NCBI GenBank assembly: GCA_013265495.1
Contig: MU057880.1
Location: forward strand, 1 to 64,000
Direction of reading: 5' to 3'
Length of the DNA: 64,000 nt
Source: Vicugna vicugna
Lineage: Eukaryota
Both the position numbers and the translations under genes were made by a program. Positions 38,488-52,560 of this stretch are shown piece after piece (within the stretch, counting starts at the first letter, position 1; each line of letters starts with the position of its first letter). The notes beneath the pieces are model-generated. The model saw only the letters and a list, made by a program, of their open reading frames with translations, ran no database searches and was not told the origin of the DNA.

Positions 38488-39470
38488 TGTCATGTGAGAG
38501 GGTAAAGCAGCCTCTGACCACAGAGAACTTGCCCAAAGAGAATACAAGTGCTGTCACTTGGAATTTGGATGGGTGGTCCTGAAACAGAAGGAGCTGGGTA
38601 CTTATGGACCAAACAGCAGCTGCTACAGGGCCCGGTGACCCAAGGCAGAACGAGCACACTATTAAACTGACAAATGATAATACTGAAACAGAAATCAGGT
38701 TCTTCAAAGAAGACTGTCAAACACAATTGCGTTCCTTTCATGATGTCAGTAACACCTGCAATGAGCAGAACCCTGACAGGCTTCTGACCAGGATCTGCTC
38801 TCAAACGGACACATCTGTCATCAGAGTTCTGCTGGGAAACTTGAAGCCAGAAAGCTGAAAGGGAAAATCTCTTGTTATTCCCTCTCTCAAATTCTCCTCT
38901 AATGCAGTCTCTGCAGACAGTCTCTCTGGTTTACACATTCTTTTGCAATGTCATCTACCTTTCATCACAATTCTCTTTTAACCTCCTTGCTGCAGCTGAA
39001 ATCTGGCCTTCCCCCAGTGACAGTGTAATGGAGAAGAACAGATCTGATATCAGAGCTGTTTCTTTGGCTCTAACCCTGCGCTCTATTTCCTGGGCTCCGT
39101 CATGCTGGTTCTGCACCTTTTGTAGAAGAATGTTGCCTAGAGCCTGAAATAGACAGGAGAGCCCATCCTCAAGGCTCTGACCTTTAAGGGGGTAACACTT
39201 TCCCATTCATATAAGGATAAAAAGTTGCAGAACAGGAACACCATGACCTGGCTCACATGGAACAAAGGATTCCAGCACCAAGAAGTTTGCAACAACCAGC
39301 CATACAGCTCCTCCCCTTTTAGTATAAAAGGAGCCTGAATTCTGACTTGGGGAAGATCTTCTCCATCTGCTGGCTTTCTGAATAAAGCCACTGTTCCTTG
39401 CCCCAACACCTCATCTCCCAATTTATTGGCCTATCCCGCAGTGAGCAGAGCAAGCTTGCACTCGGTAACA
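38488..39470 (+). mobile_element. ERV1-class solo LTR (~980 bp)
   Basis: TGT...ACA termini. TATAAAA near 39323 and AATAAA near 39381. Flanks AGAA/ATAA give a 3/4 match to a 4-bp TSD. Confidence 0.7.
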
Positions 39471-40164
39471 ATAAGACATCCTCTCCTGCCCTATCTACAT
39501 TGTGATCTTAACTCCTACCTGCAGATCACTGCTACAACCCCTTTTACTTAAAAGTCTTTTCTCGTCCTCTACCTTCCATAGTCTCTTCCAATTGGTCAGC
39601 TTTCAAATCTCATGAAGAATGTTGGCACATGGTTCACAACCCATGTAAATATCATGAGCAATGTCAGTTTCTCAGGGTCCTTGAATGCCCGAAACTGGCA
39701 CTCACTTCCTTTCTCTCAAAACTGTCATGCCAATCTGCTAGCACTCAGAATCACTCCACCTCTGAAATCTTACTTATACCTTTCTCTCTAATTATAATCC
39801 CTATTATTCCAATTTTTTTAGTCTTCATCCCCTCTCATGTCCTGTTCTTCATGGGTTCTTTAACTTGTCATTTTCTCCTAATCTACAAACTCTGTGTGTC
39901 TTCACTTTCTTCCCACTTAAACTAACGTTTTTGTCAACACCTCAATTCCCTTGCCTGGTGTAACACTCACCATGTAACCCCCTGACCCTAGATGGATCTT
40001 CCTTTTGGACTTCTATATCAGAGCTGCTTAAAATTGCTAAACTAAGAAGAAAGAGGAGAAGGAGAAAGAGAAGGAAGAAGACAAGAAGGAAGAGGAGAGA
40101 AAAAAAATTTAAATTTAATTCAATATTCAATCCTCCACCCCCACCTTTCCTCCAATATCTGTAA

Positions 40165-40340
40165 CTACTATACATAAAATAGATGAACAACAAGGTCCAA
40201 CTGTACAGCACAGGGAACTACATTCACACCTTGTAATAGCCTAAAAATAAATATATTTATATTTTTTAATGAATCACTACACAGTATACTCAGAAATTTA
40301 ACACAGCATTGTAAATCGACTATACTTTAATAAAAAAAAT
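40165..40340 (+). mobile_element. Young L1 3' end
   Basis: 'aaaatagatgaacaacaaggtccaactgtacagcacagggaac...gtaaatcgactatactttaataaaaaaa'. Confidence 0.85.
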
Positions 40341-43300
40341 CATACATCACACAAAGTGATGATTGGACACCTGCATTAAAAGAATATATGTAAAGGTAAT
40401 TCTACTTTTTCAACTTCATCCTTCTAATGCTCTAGAATTACATTGGATTCATTCAACACACATCTCTCTGTTGGACATTGTACAGGACACTTTTGATTCA
40501 TCCCACACATCATTCATCCAACACATGCATGAACAAGTGCTTCCAGTTATTTGGTCTTTAATTATTTATTATCCAACATTTTACTTGGCTGCTTTGGATG
40601 TGCATGTCCTGTCTCAAGAATCAGGTCAAAAATAAGGAGGACAGCTTGTACCTGAATATCCTTGCTAGTGCCTAATGCAGCCCAAATTTCCCACTCCTAT
40701 AGATAATTTTCTCCCAACATACACTTTGCTGACCGATCTTAAAGAAAAATTTCTCTCCTCTAAGAACCTTTTCTTCTACTCCATATTCTGTTACAATTTT
40801 GAGTTTCTTATATTTGGAAAAAAGGTTTCAAAGCAATTTTCTTGCATACATTAAGTCTAACCATGGAACACTAAAATATCATGTGCACTCTATTTTGTTA
40901 GTGGCAGAAATAATAATAATTATTATTTACTTTAAAAAAAATCAGAGACCAAAATCATAGTATTTCAAACTCTACACATCAATCAAATTTAAATAAACGT
41001 AAATTGTCAAATTTTAGGATGAGAATCTTTTGTATTTTGTTTTCATTTATTTTAAATTTATCAGTAGAGAAGGGACACAGTTTAGGAAGGCTCTTATAGC
41101 TGTTTTTCTTTTTTCTTTTTTTTTTTTGAATCAGAAATGAAATTTCAGAGGCAGATGCCACAAGCAAGAGTAAATATGGGAAGTAATAAAAGCCTAATTA
41201 TTGTGGGCGTGGCATCAAAATACAGGTCTAGCTGCACTAAATACTTGGGGGAAACTGTTAGTGATAGGTTGAATATGAAATGTGAAGGAAAAGGACTTCA
41301 AAGTTAACTTTAAAAATTTTGAGGCCATGATTAATATCATTCCATCATTAATATAAATAGGAATGACGCTCAAATCAGAATCTTTGTATGGGGAAGAGTA
41401 ACTCCAGTTTTAAATTTGTTAAGTCAAACTAGTGATTCACTATCTTCTAGAATGAGGAAATAGAGAAGTGGGGCCAGAGCTTTCTTAGCAAATCAAAGCC
41501 AGAATATTAAATGCGTATCTTCATCATTGGGGCAAAAGTTGCAACTACGGTGAGGAAAAAGTCAGTGGAGAGAAGAAAGATATTAATACATCATTATAGC
41601 AAAATATTATCATGTTCTTATTTAAGCCAGTATCTCTTTGGGTAGGATGGAGCAGAGGGGTTTACAGTCAGCACAAGGACTAAGAAGGGCCCCAATTCTT
41701 CAATCAAATTACTAAAAACATCAAATAGAATCTCTTAAAGACCCTTGCTGGTAAGAGTTTGGTGAATGCTAGGAATATTCAATAGAGTTTATTTTTTCTC
41801 CTGCAATGGGAAAAGTTTTCATTTCTGCCAATGCTTTTTGCAGCCTTATGGATGCTCCATTCTGCTTTTTGACCTGATCGTTCTGTGCTTACCTACCTGG
41901 CTCTGTTCTTTGCTTCTCCTCGGTGGGTTAAAGTGTAACATGCCCAAAATGCTGGAAGTCACAGTAACATGAAAAGATGGGAGAACTTGGTAACGCACAG
42001 GCAGAGGAAGCAAAGCGTAGCTAACTCCAGGAGAGCCACAAGGGAGCGCATCAGACACCGAAAAAGAAACCAGCGTTTTCAGTACCCATCACGCGCTGGA
42101 CGTCCTCATTTCTACTTATGATGCTTTTTACCCGACATCCCCTGGGAGCTCTTGGAGAGCCGCTGTGATTCCTCAAATAAATATGTATTTCGGTTTGTAT
42201 GCTTATCTCGAGAACTCATTTTAATTACCCGGTGGACATTAACAGTGTCTTCCCAGCTGTTACTTTCTATTATGTCCTGCAAATGAGCCTTTTGGCTCTT
42301 TTTAAAAACGCATCTTTGACCCGATGATGATGACGATGCTCAAGCAGCGTGGCAACAGACAGTGTAAATTCCCCGCCATTGGGGAATGATATAGACAGCT
42401 TTTCCAAAAATTACCCTGGCCTATGACTTCTGCACATGAACACACATCATGTTTAAGATTTCCATGAATTATGTTCTTAAAGCATTCCAAATAAAACCCG
42501 TGTAGACTTGATGAGAATCCTTCTATGCGCACTTTGAATGCATATAATAAGATGCTTATTATTTAACAAATATTTTAGGTCACTGAAAGGGACAAGAATG
42601 GAAAAACAAAGATTTAATTGCAAACTACTTTTCTGTTTAATGATTCACATCATGGTATTTTACTCCTTTGGCTATGGGTAGCACATTCTTATTGAATAAC
42701 ACAAATTGTATTCCTCTTTGATTTCAAAGATCTAATGATTCATCTGGACCATCAAATTGGAAACACTTTCATCAATATAGGAATAAATGCAAGTATGTGA
42801 CAAATTATATTGTGACATAGTCATAAGCATAACTAAAAAGATGGCTTTCTTGTAATTCAATTGCTTTTACAAATCCTTTTTCTTCAGACAACTGAAAAGA
42901 AATTTGGCATTGGTCAGTTCCTTCCTTCAAAGCCATTTTTTCTTGAGAAACCTCAAAAAGAATTTTAAGAAAACTCTGATTATTCCATTAGACTTCTTTT
43001 CCCTTCCAAGATTGTATTTCTAAAACACAGAAGTCCACCTGAGAATACTTTTTTTTTTCATTTTATAACAAATAGAAATTTATCCTGCAACTCCGTACAG
43101 AAACCTGAGAGAAAATCAATGATCGCTTTGACAAGAACAATGCTACTTGCTTCTGAGCAGGTCACCTAGCTCCTGGTGACCTGTTCTCCCAGGATAGTTT
43201 ATTTAGAAAATCAGGCCAGTCACCCCTGAGCCTGTTCAATCCTATGGTTCCAGTCACTCAAAGTACACAAGAAACTTTAAACGTCAGAATTACTGGGAAG

Positions 43301-43469
43301 CTATTTCTCAGTGCACCTATTTCATGAGTAAGAATCATTACATTCATCTGGTACAAAGAGAGTCAGTTGCCATGACCACTTCCCATTTAGATCTGTCCGT
43401 TAAGACTGAAGGAGTCAATGGAGTGAGGCCCATTATCCTTGCTTGGGAGATGAGAGGCTATAGGACACT

Positions 43470-43715
43470 TTTTGAGAACATGGTCTTTTAAGCCAGACTA
43501 ATGGCATTTTGAATCCTGCTTCCATCACTTACTGACTTTGCATCTTTGTATTCTTGGATATTTGACTGAAGTCTCGAATTACAATTTCCCCACTTGAAAA
43601 GTGCAGTTAACAATACCAAAAAGGATGCTGCTGTTCATTTATTTAAATGACACTTACAAACCCTTTAGTATAGTGCCTCATACACGGTTTGAATTATATT
43701 TGTTGCTATTATTAT
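43470..43715 (+). mobile_element. MIR remnant
   Basis: 'tttgaatcctgcttccatcacttact...acaatttccccacttgaaaagtg'. Confidence 0.6.
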
Positions 43716-44289
43716 AGTTAGTCACTTCATTTAGAGAAAGAACCTATCTATTTATATTCAAAAATCTTCAAGGCTACTGTTAAAACTTGAATCCATAATG
43801 GCCACGATGCTATAATTATCTGTTACATTTTTGAAACATTCACAGCCTCAATCTAGAGCTCTAAAAGAGCTTTGAAGTTTCTATTGACTTAAAGGGAAAA
43901 AAAAAAGTAGAGGCAATATTTGTGATTCGGGAGAAGAGCTCAGAGTATCAGAAGTCGGTAAAGCAAAGGTTGGGATTACCTTCTCCAGGTATATTGATTC
44001 TGTGGTTGTTCATTACAGTGCCAAAGCTGCCTGTTTAAGAACCCACATCATGTACTTAATCCTCGGCAGACACTTCATTTCTGACAAGGGGAAGAAAAGT
44101 ATGCAAGGCTTGAGTTCTCTCCCCTGGAAGTTCTTTTCTTCTTTTTTTTTTTTCCCCTCTCTCTTCCAAAGTTATATCCAGCTATAATATAAAACTTGTG
44201 AGCGGGTTGCTTCTTAGTAGATCTATGTCATTATAGCAAGAGATAATAGGCAGGTAGTCAGAAGGGAGGAAGAGGAATTACCACATGCG

Positions 44290-44500
44290 AGTCCTGCTCT
44301 GAGCGCTTTGCCTGTAATGACTCACACAGTCCTCATGACAACCCTATGAAACAGCCAGTACTGTTACTCGTATTTTATAGAGGAGAGAACACAGACACAG
44401 GACATTTAAGTAACTCCCCGTGGTAGTGGCTCATAAATGACAAACTCAGGCAGCGTGGCCCCAAAGCATTTACACAGGACACTGCACTGTCTCCGTGAGG
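44290..44500 (-). mobile_element. MIR remnant
   Basis: 'cctcatgacaaccctatgaa...attttatagaggagagaacacag...taagtaactcccc'. Confidence 0.7.
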
Positions 44501-44544
44501 AAGAAAAAGATAACAACTAATTTCATACAGTATTGATTTATGTT

Positions 44545-44735
44545 CACTTTTATTTTTTATTGAAGTATAGTCAATTTACAATCTTCTGTGAATTTCAAGT
44601 GTACATAGTGATTGTTACATACACATATATATATTCCTTTTCATATTCTTTTTCAATATAGGCTAAATTACAAGGTATTGAATATAGTTCCCTGTGCTCT
44701 GCAGTAGGACCTTGTAGTTCGTCTATCTTATATAA
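44545..44735 (-). mobile_element. Young L1 3' end
   Basis: 'ttttttattgaagtatagtcaatttacaat...aatatagttccctgtgctctgcagtaggacc'. Confidence 0.88.
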
Positions 44736-47170
44736 CACATTTTTTTCTTCATTTTGCCTTGTAAATGACAGGAAATCCATTTAATAGATGGTATCATTGA
44801 GAACAGATAAATTAAATGACTGATTCATGATCTCAGTGCTCTTTAGAGAGGAAGGCTGAATGACAACCCAGGGGTTCTTTCTCTGAAAGCTCCTCTTTTT
44901 CTTCCAAACCAGAGCCCAGTAGCTGCAGGCTGGAGTGGCAATGATTCTACAAACTGCTTTGGGAACTACATTTTCCCTGAAATGAACAGAATCATTTACT
45001 TTTATAAATGAACAACATTTTGAAAGGGCTAGCGTTTAAACTACACCAAAAGGCACACCTTGAAATAAGAAATCTAGATACTGTAATTGCTTGAGTAATA
45101 CGGAAACAATTTCACTGAATCTGGATAGAGAATATCAAGATAGAAAAACAGGAATGTGCATTTTGAAATAACCATTTACAGGGGCAACTCATCAAGAAAA
45201 AAAAATGGTCTAATTTGTTTCAGTCTTACAAAAGTACAGCTATTGTAACTTTAAAAAAAGAGCGAGCAGTGCCCCCCACTGCTTGCATCCTGTTACTTTG
45301 GCAGCAGCTGCTGTCCAGGGGCTCTGAAGGGAGAGGGTTTGTAGGACCATGTCCCGTGCCATGATCTCCTCCTTATTCACTTACGCAAATTACCTCCAGA
45401 AGGGATCTGATTAAGTCCTTAAGGTCTTAAGTGTGTATCAGTGCCAGGGATGTGCTTAGAGTTACTCGGCTCATGGGAGGACCCTGACCACCTCTGGCCC
45501 CACTGGAGGAGGGCCCCAAGCAGTAAATAGGGAGCTCCCTCCTCAGCTCTTTCTGAGCCCCTCTGTTGGATACCTAAACTGACCTCATTGGGCAAGTTTA
45601 GCCACCGTCGGGGGCTAAAGAGAAGACCAAAGATTCCCCTCAGCATCAAAAACACGTAATTTCTCTAGAGTCGTCCAAGGATGCCCCACAGCTCCTGCCG
45701 GCACTTCCCAAGACCCGCCGGCAAAATGCCCATGGAGCCCTCAAACTCTTGCAAACACACTGCAAGCAACCCTCCAGAATCCCCCCCATGGACTCCTCCA
45801 GCACCTCACAAAGGTGCTCACTGGGAAAGTCAGATTTTGGGCTCTTCCAGAATGACCTTTATGCTTAATCGGCTCATAAAACCAACTCATCAGAAGATCG
45901 AGGTGATCTGGAGAGAGCTGAGCTGCAGGTGTCAGAGTAGCCAATGAAAGACAATGAGCCAAAATCAAAGTATCCTTGAAGCCTTTAATCACGTGTTGCG
46001 ATATAACCAGAGAAAGCACTGTTCCATTTTCCCCCAGGAGATAACACATCAGTCAAGGGTCAAGTGGATCAGCACAGAAGTAGGGACTGTCTCTCTGTTG
46101 AGGAGTCAACAAAAGATTCCTGCAGTTTTGTGGACCCAGAGGCAGGAGGGAAAGGGGCAGGGGAAAGGCAAGTGTGGAAAAGTACTGGTTACTGAGTAAG
46201 AGTAAAGCATCTTCAAGTTTCTCCAAAAACGAGAGGTCTTGGGAGAAGAAGGCACAAGGAACAAGAGATGGTCAGTGGGAGCCCTGAGTCCTTGGTGCAC
46301 CGGTTGAGCACTAAGTCTGGTGTGGGGAGGGCAGCTTCCCCTCTGAGCCTGCCAGATTGGGATGGAAAAATCACACGTAGATTTCCTGGTCAGTAATGTG
46401 ACTCTTCAATATGGTTGGCTAAGAAATTGAACTTATATTCTGTAGGTGCTAGGAGATCAAAGGTTTTCAAGATGGGACATACCGTGGGCTGTTTAATTTT
46501 GTCTTCTTTTTTTTTTTTTACTATATTATAATATTTAATTGTCTATTTTTTTTTAATTGTACTATAGTCAGTTTACAATGCCATCTTGATTTCTTGTGTA
46601 CCACATATGATTTTGTCTTTCTTAGTTGGAATGATGGAACGTTAGATGACGTGGAGAAAAACAGGCAAAAGAAGAACTTTACAATGATCCAAATTTGATT
46701 CTGAATGATGACTGGGATGCAAGGATATAGAGAAGTCTTAGGTAAACAACTGAGGAGTGAACTCCAGTAAGAATTGTTGAATAATTGGATATGGAAGATA
46801 AAAAAGAGTGAATAAATAATTGTCAGTAGCAAACATCTCAGCTTAGGATGTAGGGCACTGGGACTCTAGATAAAGTGGGCAATGTAAGGAGACCAACCAG
46901 TTGAGAGAAAAATGTCTAATTAGGTCGAAGTTAGTCTAATGATGTCTAGTTATTTTGACCACAAGCTAAATACTCTATGGCCTAGAGTTTTAATGAGAGT
47001 TGCAATGTATAAATGACCTGGAATGAGCATAAAGATGTTCACTGATTATGCCATTTATCCACATATCTGGGTAAAAAATAATTGCATGCCATTCTTTTCT
47101 GAATATTTAGGAAAATCTGATTTTCAACTTGAGTTTTACAAAAAGTCGCATAATTCTTTATTTTTGCTAT

Positions 47171-47699
47171 CGTTGTGGTTCAGGGCGGGCAGCCCCAGAT
47201 ATGCCCCCAAATCATACTGATGATTCTGAATTAACATTACATAAGAAATGGCCAATAGAAGAGGGACACTCTGTCCTCCTTTGGGCCTTCTCGAAAGCAG
47301 GAAGCAAATCTCCCCGAGAAAGGTGCATTCTCTGCATCTGGAGGGAGCAAGATACTCTCCGCACCAGAGGTAGTGAATTTGGGTGGAGAAGCCTATAAAA
47401 AAAATATATTTCTTTTTAAATTTACTACCCCATGCCCAAACTCTGTTTAGATCCTTTACCACTTAGAAAACCTAACTTTCTTGGTCCTGCCAATTCCTCA
47501 CCAATATCTTGTTTCTGCGTCTAAAAAGTATACAAGCTGCCTGCTTTGGCTACTTCTTAGGTCCCATTTCTACAAGACCCCCGTAAGCATGAATTAAAAT
47601 TGTTCTTTTCCTCCCATGAATCTCTCTTGTGTCAACTGTATTCTTATTTCAGCCACAAGAACTAGAGAGGGTAACAGGGAACATTTCCCTCTCCCCACA
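47171..47699 (+). mobile_element. ERV1 solo LTR (MER34-like)
   Basis: CGT (TG-like) start and ...CCCACA end. A 4-bp TSD CTAT lies at 47167-47170 and 47700-47703. Internal 'aagtatacaagctgcctgctttggctacttctt'. Confidence 0.8.
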
Positions 47700-50600
47700 C
47701 TATGTTCACAACAGCAACGTTAAAGAGAATGGCCATCTAAATATGAAAACGGCTGCAGACAAGAATTGTGAGTTATTATTATAGATATAAACAGATTTAC
47801 TGTTCAGTTGGTGAAAAAATATATAGATGCTAGATGTATAGACAGGTGTATACACGGACGGATAGTATAATGTGTGTTTATACACACACACTACTTGCTA
47901 TGTTCATTAGACTTTGCGTGGCGTCAACCCAGACACTTAACAATGACATAAAATTGATTCAAGGAAAAACTAAAGGGGGAGGAGAATTGTTTCAGTAATT
48001 TACTTACATTCTTACATTACTTTTCTCTAACGGTAACTTACTTTCCAGAATTAGTCAGTTACTTTGAGCATCCAGAGATGTCTTACTTGGGTGGCCCAGT
48101 TCTGAGCTTATAAATATAGACCCTTCCTCCAAATGCCAAGGTGTCTTTGCTTCTTACTTGGCTCAAACTCATCAAGGATTTATTTTTTAACAATTATAAT
48201 TTTTAAAAATAACTTCACAATATCTATCTTAACTTGTTTGGTTTCCTTCTATCTCGGTCATCAGTTTTTCTGTAAACTGCTCTTTTGTCTTGTGGCATTG
48301 TCGGTCTTGGTGACCTTTGGACTTAAACCTACCACAACTTGTATTCAGTGCTGTGTGCTACCCAAGGGCAGAGATCTGGCCTTTATTTATTCTGTATTTC
48401 CAAAAGCTATGTCAAAAAAATTGTGAATGAATGAATGGAGTGTCAACAAATGGAAGATAAACCAGCAGCCTTAGATTCTTGCCTCAGGATACCTCTTCCT
48501 TATTTTAAAAGCTGAATTTCTTTTGCTGAAATAAAATCTAGGTGCTGCCCTCTTGCCCTTAGCAACTCGATCATCTCTCTGGAGGACAAAATCCAAAAAT
48601 GATTCCTTAATTCTAAAATTAATCTACAGATATCAGATTTAGGTTAAACTGTATCTGAAAAGTGTTACCAACTAAAAATAAATTTAAAAATAAGAATTGC
48701 TTTAATTAAAAAAAAACAAAGGAAGAGAAATGAAAGATACGATGACTATATTTTTAAGAGTGGATAGACATGGGATAAACAGAGATGAGCAGTTGCTTCC
48801 CTTTTCTGAAAGACATTTCATTCTTACATTCCAAGCATTAAGACTGCAACACACTGAGATTGATTCTGCCTGAACAAAACAAAATGGTATAGATAGTCCC
48901 CCTGCCAAAAAATGTTTAAATTTTTGTTTCACCTTCACATTTATTAATATTCCTATAAAATAGATTCTCAGGCTTTGGGTATATTGATGTTTAATTTACC
49001 TTAGAAACTTACATATAACTGTTCAAACAGCAAGAGAGAGAAGGGCCTTGGGGGATTTTAAAGTGTGGTCCCACAGGCTTAACCTTCCAATGGCAGAGAA
49101 GATGAAGCTTGCTTCCTGCAGCATTTCATGGTAGTTAACCATAAAATAAAATTGACAGTTTGCCAACAGTATAAAAATCCTATACAAATATTGATCATGG
49201 TGTTCGTCCCCCAGTCATGTCTCTTGATAGCAGTATTTCTGAGCTTTCCATGGTTTAAGCTCTGTTTGGGAATGTCAGCTTGGGCTGGGAGACACTTAGA
49301 GAACAGCCTGACACAGAAAGCCAACGCTTAATGAGGCTACAAGGCGTTCATTAGGGCACCGAATATTTAACCATCAATTCCTCACCAGAGCCCTTACCTG
49401 ATATGGTTTTGAACAATTTCCTGGGATGGATAAGGCAATAAAAGGCTCTGGGTGATGTGTTCTTAATCCAGGTTTCCCATGTGAGAGGAAAATGACCCCA
49501 TTTATCATCTGGTCTGCTTGTCACCCCCTTAGTATGTCCTGTATCGGACATTCTTAGCCCCCTGCAAGCAGCCAGTGGTGAACTCTGCCATGATGAATGA
49601 CGCGCCCTAGACCCCTCAAGCTCTCCCTTCTTGGATCAGAGTCACATGCACTGCTCCTGCTAAAAGGAGTTCAATTAATTTATTAAGAGGGGGAAAAAAA
49701 ACTATCAGTCAGTTTGGGGGGAAAAAAATCAATTCACCAGGAATTTTAAGCATCTTTTAAGGGCTGATCTTGGTGCAAGTCCACAATGAGGGAGAAAAAT
49801 TAAAGTTTTAGACACAACCCCTTCCCTGCAGGAGCTTATAATGGAGGAGAAACAGAAAATAAAAAACATGTGCTAAACTGTGTGACTCGTACATAAGAGT
49901 TAAGTAAATGTGAGAAGAATAATAGTAAAAGCACTAGACAGCTAATCCCCAGGACAGCAGGATTCCCCGTGATTCCAGCTCCTTTCGGTTCCCCTAGATT
50001 CTGTGCTATACAGCATCTTAACATGTCCGTTTTAGAAAATGTCCAGATTTCACATCTACTTACTGCTCTTATTATTTCTTATATCCTAAAATCTGAGCAC
50101 CTTGAAACCCAAAAGGTTTACATTTTGTTTCATTCTGCTTTGACAGATTGTGCTTTTAGACTTTAGATTTTTTTCCTTGAAAGCTTTAATTTCAATGTTT
50201 TGAATAAACAGTAGGTTTTTAATTAACAAACATGGAAGCACCTTTAGAGTAACGTCCAAGGAGACGAAGGGGCCAAACATGTGTTCAGCTACCTGGAGAT
50301 GATGCGTGTTAACAGAGAGCAGAGACTAATGAAAAATACCGTCTGATCTAATGTAGGCTAGACTGGATTCAAATTGGTTGAAGACATATGACACTCATTC
50401 CAAATAGTGAAAAAAAATTCAGTCCACAAAGAGAAAATGCCTGTGGGGCCTTCCAACCTGGGTTTCTAGAGCTTAAAAGGAAGTGTGACCCAAACAAGAT
50501 TGATAATACAGCTCCATCCATGCAATTCTCACAGAGACGTGTTTGTAAAGGCAGGCAGACACACTGCCTCTCTGGACACTTTTTCAGGATCACACAGACG

Positions 50601-50834
50601 CAACGAAAAAAGTATGAAAACTCAAGGCCACCACTTCAATTAGGATTTGACATCTAATTGAGAAACTCTGAAATGTCATAAGATGTTCCAGGGACTGAGC
50701 CAAAGGGATGGGCACGTTACTAATTTAACTGGTGATCCTTTGTGTGTGTGTCTGTGTATGTGTGTGTCTGTGTGTATCAACTTTTAATCATTCTGAAACT
50801 GCATTCATAATAATCCAACAATGAAATTTCATTC

Positions 50835-51035
50835 TTTTATTGAAGTATAGTTGATCTATAATGTTGTGTTAGTTTTTTTTTTAATTCTTTTTTTAATATA
50901 TCTTTGAGGGGGTAATTAGGTTTATTTATTTTAATGGGGGTACTGGGGATTGAACCTAGGACCTTGTTTGTAGAGTACATGCTTAGCACGCACAGGGTCC
51001 TGGATTCAATTCCCAGTACCCCCAATTAAAAACAA
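50835..51035. mobile_element. Composite: short L1 3' end (-), SINE 3' half (-), and partial SINE (+) joined head-to-head
   Basis: 50931-50967 and 50991-51028 are inverted copies of the SINE B-box region. Confidence 0.85.
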
Positions 51036-52149
51036 AAGAAGGCTTTTGCTCAAAATATTGTCTTTTCAGAGAGCTATCTCCTTCTAACCCTATACAAAAT
51101 AGCCACCACCTTGTCCCATCAACCTCTATCTTTTGTCCTGCTTTTATCATCCTTCCTGGCATTTTTTCCATTTGACGTATTTATGTGGTGGAATTTTAAG
51201 AAGTTTGAAATATAATACCCAATCCTTATCCACCCATGTTTAGATCAAGTTGAAAGCTAAAACACAGAGAAAAAGAAGATAAATTTCAAAATGTAAGCTT
51301 CAGTGCTGATAAAGCCAATACTGGGGACCTCTGCACCCCTAGCACCCCATGGGCCAGTTTGGTGGGATCTGTTGTGTCGCTGACCTGCCCCTGAAAGCTG
51401 CTGCACAGGGTTCTGCTCCCAAAAAGAAAGAGAAAATCTCCACTGCAGAGAGAGAGGCCAGGAGATTCCCACAGGCTTCAGTTCATCCACAGAAATACAG
51501 GAACAAGGAAAGGGAGGTTACCACCTCCCAAAGTATTTGTATTTGACTGCTTGTTTAAAATGTAAGCTCCATTTGGAAAGACTCCATCCATTTTGTGAAC
51601 AAATTAATCCCTGGTGTCTTAAATGGGGTCTGGCATTTGTCAGGTGTTTGATGAAGCTTAGTTGAATTAATACATTAACTGGAGAAATTTAAATTCATTT
51701 CAACCAAGGGGCAGTGAAGACCTCAGACGACACCAGGAAAATATGAATTTGAATTACTTAGGGAACATTCAGGAGGGGCTGTCAACATGGTGATGGGCTA
51801 CCCAGACCCTTCCTCAGCCCCTCAGGGGGAGAGTCAGCCCACAGCCTGTGGCTGTTAGTTACATCAGGACAACTAGACATCCGGACAGCCAGAACCACAC
51901 TTTTCCCAACGTGGCTCACATCTAGTGACCGAGCAAAGTCTACGAACCTGGCCATTCTGAGCCAGTGCAGGTCTCCTCCCATGGGCTGTGATTCTGGGGA
52001 GCATCCTGTCAGGTGTGGCTCAGATTCTGTGGTCCAACATCTCTCCCTGTCCTAAGCTTCTTCCTGTCCCTTCCTTTCATAGATAAGAATGCTTAATAAT
52101 AATTTCACACACCAAATTCTGCTCTCTACATCTGCTGTTGGAGAATGCA

Positions 52150-52560
52150 ACCTGTGACAGTGGCATTATTCTACGGAGAAATAGGCACTTAAACGTGGAC
52201 CTTGAGGAGAGACGTCTCAGTGTGGAGATACCAGTTTGGGCGTGATCACCATACTGAACACTGAAACCGTAAGAATTGGTGGTTCTTCTAGAGGGGAAAG
52301 AACAGCAGGGAGTAAGACCAGGAATAAGAAATAGCAAGAGAGAATTTGAGGGAATATCAACATCTAAGTATTGAAGGAGAATCCATAATGTAACACCCCA
52401 ATCCAGGATAATAAGATGGGAAAATATACACCGTATTTGGCATTCAAATGGCATTGGTACCCTTGACGAGGTGGGAAGATTTCAATCACTGTGTTGTGAA
52501 TTGGGTGAACAAGCAAAGGGAACAGTTAAGGATAACCTCTACCCTCAAGAACTTTGGAGG
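52150..52560. mobile_element. L2 fragment
   Basis: 'tcagtgtggagataccagtttgggcgtgatcaccata', 'atggcattggtacccttgacgag'. Confidence 0.55.
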
